From Rhodosorus marinus CCMP1338 (taxonomy: Eukaryota; Plantae; Rhodophyta), in the NCBI GenBank assembly GCA_029953675.1, contig JAMWBK010000012.1, positions 496,001 to 560,000 on the forward strand: a DNA stretch of 64,000 nt. The letters are read 5' to 3'. Made by a program: the position numbers and the translations under genes. Of the stretch, positions 48,030 through 58,187 are shown piece by piece (within the stretch, counting starts at the first letter, position 1; each line of letters starts with the position of its first letter). Below the pieces are notes generated by a model. The model worked only from the letters and a program-made list of their open reading frames with translations. It was not told the origin of the DNA and searched no databases.

Positions 48030-48895
48030 CAGAGCTTCTTGCGCAGATGGTCTCATCGTCCCGAGATCGCGCCCGCCTGCGTAGTCTTGGAGGGTGTATC
48101 AGCTCACACTGGCTCATGAGCGTCCCCGCTTGATCACACTGACAGATTTCGAAGTGCGCGCTTCTCTACGTTTATACCTCGAATTGCATCAGCCGCCCTG
48201 GCCTTCCCAGATGGGTTCACCGTGCCCTCTATGCTCTCAGAACGAAAGTATCGCGGATTTTGGCGACCACATGCTCGCCAGCTGTCCCCGTTGTGAAAGG
48301 CGCCCCAACCGGACGACATACGCGGATTTTGAACCTGTTATACCGCGAGTTTCGACCTATCGTACGGCAAGCCGGTCTTGAAATGGAACGTGAGAAGCCC
48401 CTGCCTGTCGCAGACTACCAGAATGATGAGCGCCGCGTGGCTGACCTCGTGGTCACCTGTGACGATAGCCGCCGTATGACGTGCGTTGATCTTGCTGTTC
48501 CTAATTCTCAGACTGGTCGCTATTGGTGGCTGCGGGAGAGCGCCGTGGATTTGCCCCTGCCAATATGAGACGTCGCAAAGAGTTGAAATATGCGGGGGCC
48601 TCGTCTTCTCCAGATATGTGTGCTTCGGCTCTGCTCATCGCCTGGTACCTCGTGCCTCTGGTCATTAAGTGCTTTGAGCTTCTGGATTCCGCTGGTTCTC
48701 GCTGGTTCTCGCTGGGTTCGGGAATTGTTCCGCCAGCGCCCTGACCGTCTGTCCTCGTTGTTTAACCGTTTAAATTTCTTGCTGTGGCATATGAACGCTG
48801 CTTTGATATTGGACGCGCGTGATCTTCGCCGCGCTTAGTCTTTATCGACTTCCCCTCGGGGTTTTTTCTTTCAGCTCCCGATTATACCGATTCAT
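48030..48895 (+). mobile_element. Diverged family A 3' copy, divergent from the full-length element
   Basis: CPLCSQNESIADFGDHMLASC, EREKPLPVADYQNDERRVADL; ATTCATTC tail. Confidence 0.88.
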
Positions 48896-49967
48896 TCAGT
48901 ATTAGCATAGGCATGAATTAAAAACATATCCACTGCATAGGGCAAATAGCAAACTTGCCCCTATGGCCCGATTCAAATGCTTCAGATTCGAGGGGTACTT
49001 GTCGAGTTGTTCTCGACGTGCCTACCCAAGCCAATTCATTTATCGCAACCTACATAGGGCTTGCAATACGGCCCTATGGAACTATCACCAGCTTAAATGG
49101 TGTCGTTCAAATCACCCGGTCCGATGAGCCTTTGGACATATTCAGTGATCCCCAGGGAGCAAGGAGCCTGGTATGTTGCTTTAGGTGGGATCTGAAAAAC
49201 ACAGCTGACGGCCTTTGCCTCTAACATTGTGTCAAAACATGAAAGTGTGTTCGAAGGACCCCGCGAAGTTTCGGGTTTTGCCTATGCGGTAACTCTCGAG
49301 CGCTTTTGAAGGTGCAGAGGGAGCGCGCCGGAGCGCGGATGCCTGATATCCAAAGCGGAGATAGGTTCTTCGGTTAGAGACTTCACGCATAGTAAATTTG
49401 AGTTTGAACCCTTCATTCATTTAATGTGCGGTTTAGCCGACGTGAGGTTATCCTCATGGGTCAACGTATTGTCCAAGACCCCGGTTCAGTAGTGATCGAG
49501 CTCTCCTGCTAGAACAAGTTCACTACATCTCCCACCAAACAATAATCTATAAGCTATCGAAATCAAACTTGCCGGATGTGATGATGAATCTCCCGGGGAC
49601 TGGAAAGGTGCAGCGCGTTTCTTGCCAAGGTCCGTTTCATCTCTCACCACGGGCGAGACGAGGATGGTGGGATCCTCTATGGTGCCTGTCGCTGTCGTCG
49701 GTTCTTGATCTTCTTGATAGATAGGTGGATTGCTCGGTTTGGAGGGAAAATCTGTGTCCCGACTATCAACATTTGAAAATCACGTTTTATGTTCTTTAGT
49801 CAAAGATCCCGAAAAGACGAGAGCAATGAAAACGTTTTATACGAAAACAAGGCTAAAAACGCGATCTCCTAAGGTGGCGGAGGGGAAGATGAGATGAGAT
49901 GCTCAAATATCTCCAAGACGTGTGGGTGACCGCTTCCGCCGGGGAGGGAGAGGTTCCCGCTGGAGAC

Positions 49968-50696
49968 TTATGCGGTCTCGTCAACCATGTCTGGCTCTTC
50001 CAGCAGCTCGGGCACTGGCAGCTCGGGCACTGGCAGCTCCGGATCAGGCAGTTTAATGTGATCCTTGCAGATCAAAGGCACGGAGCACCTGGTGAACCAG
50101 TCGTAATCGTTCTTGCTACACCCGTAGCCGAAGGTCGGCGGGGTGGCATAGATCTTCTTGGGCGCCCAGTCGCACTTGTTCTCCTTCGCGCAGTACCACT
50201 TCTTGGCGATGACCTTGATGAACAGGCAGATGTCAGAGTTGCAGCAGCCTTCCAAATTCTCTCCTGGGTAGGCGTAGAACTCATTGAGGCAAACGTAGAG
50301 AGTGTGCTTCTTGAAGAGACCGTAGGCCTTGGCCTGGAACGGATTCTTGATGTCCTTGTATGCACAGTTGGCATCAGCTCCTGCCTTGATGGCTGAGAAC
50401 TTGTAGCCGTCAGCGGCGTAGAAGTAGAACTTGATGCACCTCTTGCCGTGGTAGTCGACGATGCTGGTGCAAACAAATCCGACCTTGCCCCATTTGCCCC
50501 CGATGAGGAGTGGGTAGCACTTCTTGTTCTCGTAGTCGTATATCTTCACGTGATCATACTGATCAGCATAGTAGCTGCACTTCTTCTCATGGAAGTAAGG
50601 CTTCCATGGGTGGTACTCGGGTTCGTGATCGGGTTTAGCGCTCGCCATACCCATCAGGGCAAAGGCGGCGATCAATACAATAACTGCGGTCTTCAT
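49968..50696 (-). CDS. Secreted Tyr/Lys-rich 14-Cys protein, paralog 3 (242 aa)
   Basis: Differs from paralog 2 by one residue (T4A); TATATAA at 50790-50796. Confidence 0.93.
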   Translation of the reverse strand: MKTAVIVLIAAFALMGMASAKPDHEPEYHPWKPYFHEKKCSYYADQYDHVKIYDYENKKCYPLLIGGKWGKVGFVCTSIVDYHGKRCIKFYFYAADGYKFSAIKAGADANCAYKDIKNPFQAKAYGLFKKHTLYVCLNEFYAYPGENLEGCCNSDICLFIKVIAKKWYCAKENKCDWAPKKIYATPPTFGYGCSKNDYDWFTRCSVPLICKDHIKLPDPELPVPELPVPELLEEPDMVDETA

Positions 50697-51757
50697 TCTT
50701 CTCTTTATCTTCAGGTTCTCTCTCTATACTGCTTAACTTGACGATCTGCGGCTTGAACGATTTTCGCTCTGGGCCGCAAACCTCATCGCTTATATAGTCT
50801 TCGCCATCATAAAGAGGACACCAACGTCTCCTTACTATGTCATTCCCAATGTACTCTGTCAAATTCTCAAAGCTCCTTAGTTCGTGGGGACCTCTGGTCT
50901 TAGAAGCTTTAGCGCCATTAGACGTTACAATACGTAGAGAACTCGATCTGACACACTGAAGTTCTTTTCTCATCGGTCTGGGAGAGAAAAAGCAAAGAAG
51001 CCATCCTCATCGTCTTCCTCGACATCACTGTGGAGGACCACGAGGTTAGCGTCATATTACGTGGACTGCTTGTGCCGAGAACCACCAACCGTTTATCGAG
51101 GGATTGATTAAATCGCAATGCTTGTCTATTGGAAACCATCAGCCGTTTCGCCTAAAGGTTAGCAAGTCGGAGAGAAAACAGAGCGCGGCGAACGTCTAGT
51201 GAGCTGCTTCTCATCTCACATTGAATCGAGTAAAACCTGGATGCTGACTCACGGAGTACTGACTCAGAAAGCGGCCCGGATTACTGAATCAGAAAGCGGT
51301 CCGAAGTTTCGGTCGGCTCACTAGATGTCCGCCGCGCTCTGCTTTCTCTGCGGCTTGTTATCCAACCTTTAGGTGAAACTGCTGATGGTTTCCACAGACG
51401 CACATTGCGACTTCATCACTCCTTCGCGACAGATAATTTGAGCACGCAGGGTGATAGAGAAAATAACTCACACGCGTTTAAAGGACAGCATAAGCCAGCT
51501 ACCATTCAAGCTACCCTCACGTGAGGAGCTGCTTCTGTCCTCAACGACGCCTCCGTTTCCATCAGCGTAAACAGGTTCAAAAAATTGTCAGGCAGGCTAC
51601 TTGTTCTTCATAGAAGGGATTCAGTTCAATATGAAACAAGTTTTTAGCTCCAGGTGTATGACCACCAAAGCTCTGACAATGAAAACTCGCAACAGCGGGG
51701 AGATCGTCAGCGATCCACGTGCACTTCGGAACATCCAAAATTCCTAATTGTCTTTAC

Positions 51758-51828
51758 CATTCGTTTCGTTACGAACGAACGAACGAATGGTTTAATCGTT
51801 TCGTTACAGTGTAAAACCATTCGTTCGT
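51758..51828. mobile_element. Cluster of three family A tail-only fragments (+, -, +)
   Basis: ACCATTCGTTTCGTT, CGAACGAACGAACGAATGGTTTAATCG, AAACCATTCGTTCGT; absent from paralogous sites near 35050 and 38585. Confidence 0.75.
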
Positions 51829-52021
51829 AGAATCCACGGTAGATTGAATTATTGATATTTATATGAATATTATTGTAATATGATTATTTTATTACGATAT
51901 TAAGCTTTCTTGTATTCGTTTGAAGTTATAATTTATCAATCGGGCGCTTATTTGAATGAATTTGTTTAATCGATTTTGTTAGGTTGTGTGGCGACAGCGG
52001 CCGTACGACATACGTTGATCT

Positions 52022-52965
52022 GGGCTTTACTGGTGGGCTTTACTGGTGGGCTTTACTGGTGGGTTTTACTGGGCTTTACTGGGCTTTATTGGACTTTACT
52101 AGCACTTTACTAGGGCTTTATTAGCATAGCCTGAAGCGCTACGCAAGGCGTGAAAAGAAACTAAGAACTAGGGAGGGAAGCGTGCAAACGCAGGCGCCAA
52201 TGGCGCGCCTCGGCAAGCATGCTGCTAGAGTATCGCCATAGGGCGGCACTCAAAAGCCGTAAAAGCGCCAAGTACTCAGTAGGATGCTCAGCGAAACCTT
52301 TCCGCAAACACTCTAAACCCGACATATCCACATGACCAAAGCTTTCCACAATGAAAGGCTGGAACCGGTGAGAGCGACCCTCGGCGTAGTGCAGACTGGC
52401 CATGCTCTCTGCATACCGTCGTTCCTTGGATATGTCGAAGAAAACCCTTCCAAGCTCTTTGAATCTTTTTATGAATGATCCTTCCGCAGGTTTACTGGAC
52501 TTTACTAGCATAGCCTGAAGCGCTACGCAAGGCGTGAAGATGAACTAATAACTAGGGAGGGAAGCATGCAACCCCAGGCGCCGATGGCGCGCCTCGGAAA
52601 GCATGTCGCTGGAATATCGCCAAAGGATTACTAGCATACTAGAATAGCCTGAAGCGCTACGCAAGGCGTGAAAAGGAACTAAGAACTAGGGAGGGAAGCG
52701 TGCAAAACCAGGCGCCGATAGCGCGCCTCGGCAAGCATGTTGCTAGAATATCGCCACAGGGCTGCACTAAAACGCCGAAAAAGCGCTCAGTACTCAGTAG
52801 GATGCTCAGCGAAACATTTCCGCAACCACTCTAAACCCCGACATATCCACATGACCAAGGCTTTCGACAATGAAAGGTTGGAACCGGTGGGAGCGACCTT
52901 CGGCGTAGGGCAGACTGGCCATGCTCTCGGATACCGTCGTTCTTTCACTCGTCGAAGAGCCGGAG
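52022..52965 (-). mobile_element. Trimer of family B 3' ends plus an rRNA-derived segment within an 11-bp TSD TACGTTGATCT
   Basis: Tails at 52022, about 52491 and about 52627; TSD at 52011-52021 and 52966-52976. Confidence 0.9.
52438..52492 (-). rRNA. Captured fragment: 18S rRNA 3' end (AACCTGCGGAAGGATCATT, 52474-52492) plus probable start of ITS1; not a functional rRNA gene
   Basis: 19/19 match to the conserved eukaryotic SSU rRNA 3' terminal sequence; ITS1 identity is inferred from adjacency. Confidence 0.8.
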
Positions 52966-53585
52966 TACGTTGATCTTGGTGTTTCTAATCCTCAGGCTCG
53001 TCGTTAGTTACCGGCTGCGGGAGAGCGCCGTGGAATTACCCCTGCCAGTATGAGATGTCGCAAACAGTTGAAATATGCGGGGGTTTTTCTCTTCCCCAGG
53101 CATTCGTGCTTCGTCTCTAGCTCATCGCCAGGTACACTGGCCAGTGCGTGCTTTGCGTTTCTAGATTCCGTTGGTTCTCGTTGGCTTCGGGAATTTGTTC
53201 CGCGAACGCCGTACCGCCTGTCCTCGTTGTTTACCCGTTTAAGTTTCTTGCTGTGGCGTATGAGCGCTGCTTTGATGTTGGAGGCGCGCGATCTTCGCCA
53301 TGCTTATCTTTCTTTCCCCTCTGGGTTTTTTTCTCTCGGTCTCCGATTAATGAAATTCATGCATATTGAGTGAATTTGTTGGGGTTGTGTCATTGGTAGG
53401 TATTACCGCCAATTAGCGAGCCCCCTAGTGGCAACCAAAAATCTACTTTTTTCACCTCCCAAACTGTATCAGTAGTCCACCTTTTTCTTAGAAGCTTGGA
53501 AGCGTTTTTGACGAGGATACGTGATCAGAGTCAATCTACTCTGATGAAACTGTACTCATTTACTGGAGGTGCCTTGGCACGTATC

Positions 53586-53633
53586 CTAAGGAGCCCGGGA
53601 GAGAACTGAAGTGTTCTCTCCCGGGCTCCTTAG
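53586..53633. repeat. Perfect hairpin, 21-bp stem, 6-nt loop
   Basis: CTAAGGAGCCCGGGAGAGAAC / GTTCTCTCCCGGGCTCCTTAG. Confidence 0.96.
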
Positions 53634-53999
53634 ACATGAGGGCGGACTGCTACCTTCCATCTGGGAAGCTCCTTGAGGCTGGCTCCTTGAGGAACAACTT
53701 CGGGCAGGTTTGCTTACTCGAGACGCCCCGGGTTTGTTCCAAAGAGTTTTCTTGGGATTGCTTGTGTTCGTATGGTGGTTTCATTCATATGGTTTAGATG
53801 CGCGGGGCGCTCCACTGCATGGTACCGACTGTGGACTAGGAACTTTTGACTAGTTTTTTCATTCCTTGACGGGTTTCTCACATGTATGAGTGAAAAAATT
53901 GTATGAGGTAGTTAAGGTGCTATTTGAAAGACTTCACGGCGTCTACTTCAAGAAGGCCGTCGTCGTTCTTGGTAAAATTTATGCGAGCTTGAGTCTCCT

Positions 54000-54563
54000 C
54001 CTCACCATCATCACCTATGCCTGGTCGTAGGTGTGCTCCCGCTTGTCATTGACCTCGGATCCTCCAGATTCATCAGCAGATTCATGGTCAGCTTCTTCAG
54101 ATTCAGAACGATCGTTGGCAATATTTATCGTGGGGAGAGACTCATGTTACCGAGCAACACCTCCGGACATGCTTTCCTTGGGTGACTCCTCCGATCCTTC
54201 CGCTGATGAGGTTGTCCGCTTGTAGTAAGCAGTTGGGGTCCCTGTTTCATGCTCAGGGTTGGTCGAAGTATTTACTGGGCCCAAGGATGTAAGCCTAGTC
54301 AGAATCGTTTCCAAGTCAGCCGTGTGCTTCTGCAGCTTGCTTAAGAGTCGCTTCTGCACATTATCGTCCGCTGACGTCCGTTCGCCCCATTTCAGGGCCT
54401 CCAACTTCCGAAGCTTCACGACCGTCATTCTATTGCGTAGCTTCGTATGACAGAGTCCCGTCGAAGGCCACAATCGCCCACAATCTGAGGTAAGTGGACA
54501 GAATCCTGTCAATGCACGTCCTAATATCGCGATCCTGGAGCGTTTTCTTTCGAGGAGGGACAA
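54000..54563 (-). pseudogene. Possible degenerate coding fragment (coiled-coil-like then Ser/Glu-rich)
   Basis: KLRKLEALKW...KRLLSKLQKHTADLETILTRL followed by acidic sequence past a stop; no family recognised. Confidence 0.25.
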
Positions 54564-55387
54564 AAACTTGAACGGATAACGGACTATGTGGTCCTACCAG
54601 AAGAGGTACCAGGCGATGAACTACCGTCCAAGCACGAATGCCTGCGGAAGACAAAGCCCCCAGCATATTTCAACTCTTCGCGACGTCTCATACTGGCATC
54701 GGCAAATCCACCTCGCTCTCGCAGCCGGTAAATAACGACTAACCTGAGGATTCGGAACGGCAAGATACGTCGTACGGCCGCTATCGTCCCAGAAAGAACT
54801 ACCGCACCGGAAGTAATTATAACCCGGTAAATAAACACTGCGAAGATGAGCTGGAATCGAGGATATTAAGCAAGATATTAAACGGTAATTGAATTCTGCT
54901 CTATTGTAGCGAAATCGAGGGTCACACTCTAAAGAATAAAAACAGGTGCTCTGCAACGGAATCGAGGGTCTGATTCGAACAAACACCTCGGGTTTGGCAC
55001 CTCAAAAAATGTTCTCAATCCACTCACCAACTACGCGATTCGGGTGTGGAGTTGAGGGTACAAAAAAAAACCCGAGGGGCCGAACCTGCAAGCCGAACCT
55101 GCAAGCCTTGCAAGGGCTGCGGAGAAGACCGACCAATATCGCGGCAATACCAGCTGGTCATTGAATGCTTGGGGTTTATGGATTCCGTTGGTTCTCGTTG
55201 GCTTCGGGAATTGTTCCGCGGACGCCCTGACCGACTGTCCTCGTTGTTTACCCTTTCAAGTTTCTTTCTGTGGCGTCTGAAAGCTGCTTTGATGTTGAAG
55301 GCGCGCGATCATCACCGCGCACAGCCTTTTTTTTACCCCTCGTGGTTCTTCTTCCAGCCCCCGATTGTACAAATTTCATTCATTCAT
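54560..55387. mobile_element. Family A fragments: about 54560-54792 (-) and about 55153-55387 (+, with CATT tail)
   Basis: GRTTYLAVPNPQVSRYL and LVIECLGFMDSVGSRWLREL. Confidence 0.8.
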
Positions 55388-56490
55388 ATATAAAAATTGG
55401 AGTCTACCGTGACTTTGTAGTTCTAAGAATTACGTCCCGGCTTAAGCATTTACATAAAAATACTCTCCAAGGACGCGAAGCGCTAAGCAGCCACAGACTA
55501 GATGGGTAAAAGTATGCAATGATCGCTTCCCTAGCAACAATATAAAGTTGAAGTATTGTACTAATAGTACGGTTAGTACCCGATAATGGTGGCAGTGGAC
55601 ATCGAATGACCCTCAGTGGTCCGCCGGGGGCAAGGAGCCTGGCATGTTGCTTTAGATAAGATATGAAAGACACAGCTGAAGACCATTGTCTCTAAAATCA
55701 TCTCAAAATATGAAAATGTTTTCGAAGTACCCCGCGAAGTGTTTGGTTTTGAGTTCCTGCCCCAGACCCCGGCGGGATTGCCAATCAGCTTACCTAAGCG
55801 GGAACACGCTCTCGAACACCTCTGCGGTAATGCGGTAACTCTTGAACACTTTTGAAGGTGGGGAGGCAAGCGCGCACGGGTGTCTGAGATCCAAAGCGGA
55901 GATGGGTTCTTCGGTTAGAGACTTCACGCGGTGGTAAATTTGAGTTTGAAACCTTCATTAATTTCATCTGCGGTTTAGCCGACGTGAGGGTATCCTCATA
56001 TGTGCTACTTATTGTCCACGCACCAAGACACCGGTTCAAGGTAGTAATTGAGCTCTCCTGCGAGAGCAAGCTCACTACATCTCCCACCGAACAAATATCT
56101 AGAAGCAATCGAAACCGAACTTGCCGGGGGGGATGATGAATCGCCAGCGGACTAGAAAGGTGCAGCGGGCTTCTTGCCAAGGTCTGGTTCATCTCTCACC
56201 ACAGGCGAGGCGGTGGATGGTGGGATCCTCTATGGTGCCTGTCGTTATCACCAGTTCTCGATATTTTAGGCACATGGATTGCTCAGTTTCAAAGGAATAT
56301 CTGTGTCCGGAGTAGCACTTTTTTTGACGATCACGTTTTGTGTTCTTCTTTATTGCAATACCCCGCAAAGACGAGAGCAATGAAAACGTTTTATACAAAA
56401 ACGAAGCCAAAAAACGCGGTCTGCGAAAGGGGCGGAGAGGAAGATGATATGCTAAAATATCTCGGAGATGTGTGGGTACCCCTTGGAGAC

Positions 56491-57204
56491 TTATGCGGTC
56501 TCGTCAACCATGTCTGGCTCTGCAGGCAGCTCCGGCACTGGCGGCTCCAGCTCAGGCAGTTTAATGTGATCCTTGCAGATCAAAGGCACGGAGCACCTGG
56601 TGAACCAGTCGTAATCGTTCTTGCTGCATCCGTAGCCGAAGGTCGGCGGGGTGGCATAGATCTTCTTGGGCGCCCAGTCGCATTTGCTCTCCTTCGCGCA
56701 GTACCACTTCTTGGCGATGACCTTGATGAACAGGCAGATGTCAGAGTTGCAGCAGCCTTCCAAATTCTCTCCTGGGTAGGCGTAGAACTCATTGAGGCAA
56801 ACGTAGAGAGTGTGCTTCTTGAAGAGACCGTAGGCCTTGGCCTGGAACGGATTCTTGATGTCCTTGTATGCACAGTTGGCATCAGCTCCTGCCTTGATGG
56901 CTGAGAACTTGTAGCCGTCAGCGGCGTAGAAGTAGAACTTGATGCACCTCTTGCCGTGGTAGTCGACGATGCTGGTGCAAACAAATCCGACCTTGCCCCA
57001 TTTCCCCCCAATGAGGAGTGGGTAGCACTTCTTGTTCTCGTAGTCGTATATCTTCACGTGGTCATACTGATCAGCATAGTAGCTGCACTTCTTCTCATGG
57101 AAGTAAGGCTTCCATGGGTGGTACTCGGGTTCGTGATCGGGTTTAGCGCTCGCCATACCCATCAGGGCAAAGGCGGCGATCAATACAATAACTGCGGTCT
57201 TCAT
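56491..57204 (-). CDS. Secreted Tyr/Lys-rich 14-Cys protein, paralog 4 (237 aa)
   Basis: Near-identical to paralogs 2 and 3 except the Pro/Glu tail; TATATAA at 57298-57304. Confidence 0.93.
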   Translation of the reverse strand: MKTAVIVLIAAFALMGMASAKPDHEPEYHPWKPYFHEKKCSYYADQYDHVKIYDYENKKCYPLLIGGKWGKVGFVCTSIVDYHGKRCIKFYFYAADGYKFSAIKAGADANCAYKDIKNPFQAKAYGLFKKHTLYVCLNEFYAYPGENLEGCCNSDICLFIKVIAKKWYCAKESKCDWAPKKIYATPPTFGYGCSKNDYDWFTRCSVPLICKDHIKLPELEPPVPELPAEPDMVDETA

Positions 57205-58158
57205 TCTTCTCTTTGTCTTCAGGATCTCTCTCTACACTGCTTAACTTGACGATCTGCGGCCTGAACGATTTTCGCTCTGGGCCGCAAACCTCATCGCTTA
57301 TATAGTCTTCGTCATCGTCGAGAAGCCACCAATGTCTCCTTACTATGTCATTCCCAATGGACTCTGTCAAATTCTCAAAGCTCCTTATTTCGTAGGGACC
57401 TCTGGTCTTAGAAGCTTTAGCGCCATTAGACGTTACAATACGTAGAGAACTCGATCTGACACATTGAAGTTCTTTTCTCATCGGTCTGGGAGAGAAAAAG
57501 CAAAGAAGCCGTCCTCATCGTCTTCCTCGACAGCACAGTGGGGGACCACGGGGCTAGCGTCATGGTACGTAGAGTGCTTGTGCCGAGAACCGCCAACCGT
57601 TTTCTCCAGAGGCTGGAAAACAACTCCGAGAGAAAGCAGAGCGCGGCGGATGCCTAGTGACCTGACTCCATCTCCGGAACGTTTTCTGAGTCAGTAGTCG
57701 GGGCATCCAGGTTGCACTGCTAATCATCCAAATCGAATTGAGTGAAACCTCAACGTTAGAAAATTGCGTTTGTCATGTTCGTATTCTCCACCCTGATGCG
57801 GAGTACGCAGAGACTGCATAGTTGGAGAGCAGTGGCGAGGTCGAGGTATGACCAAGCACACCGCTGCAGTTAGCCTGACATGCTCGAGTCAGTAGCCCCT
57901 CAAGGAAAGTGTTGCGGGTCAGCCGCTCAGTTTCTCTTAGCGCCACCTCGGGTGCTCTGATGACATGTTGGAAAACCTTACAAATCGTTTCCTTCATCCT
58001 CCTTGCATCTCTCTTTCCAGTAAATCTTCTGCATTGGGTTCCGTTAAAGCAGGCAGGAACAGGAAGCGTGCTGGTTGTAAGACTGTCGTGGAAGAGAAAG
58101 AATCCCCATCGCGTTCTGGACGAAAAATTATCCAACTAGCCCAGAATATCCGATCCGT

Positions 58159-58187
58159 TGCTAGTAAAGTCCAGTCCAATAAAGCCA
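58159..58187 (+). mobile_element. Family B tail-only insertion TGCTAGTAAAGTCCAGTCCAATAAAGCCA
   Basis: Matches the B terminus and tail; missing from the similar sequence near 58745-58765. Confidence 0.8.

Larger units (their letters stand above)
51985..53365 (+). mobile_element. Family A 3' copy (51985-52021 and 52966-53365) interrupted by a B concatemer
   Basis: CCGTACGACATACGTTGATCT continues as TACGTTGATCTTGGTG...CTCCGATTAA. Confidence 0.85.
34710..57760. repeat. Tandem triplication of a roughly 3.5-4.5 kb gene unit (34710-38130; 38160-39745 plus 49130-51380; 51430-51950 plus 55385-57760), inflated by retroelements
   Basis: Same ordered flanking blocks recur: AATTTGAGC.CG..GGGTGATA, TGTACTAATA, GCAAGGAG.C.GG.ATGTTG.TTTAG, GATGGTGGGATCCTCTATGGTGCCTGTCG and the upstream block. 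Confidence 0.9.

Noticed and set aside
50635-50973. Conserved 112-aa ORF upstream of the secreted genes (also 57143-57481)
   Set aside because: It overlaps the promoter and signal-peptide region, and conservation reflects recent duplication; the frame is not kept in unit 1.
53535-53615. Box C/D snoRNA or hammerhead (CTGATGA...CTGA)
   Set aside because: Weak terminal stem, no recognisable rRNA-complementary guide, no hammerhead stems; the CTGA is in the loop region of the DNA hairpin.
54560-55387. Twin-priming inversion of one A copy
   Set aside because: The two pieces are roughly adjacent in the consensus, but they are separated by about 360 bp of unrelated DNA, partly overlap and have no TSD.
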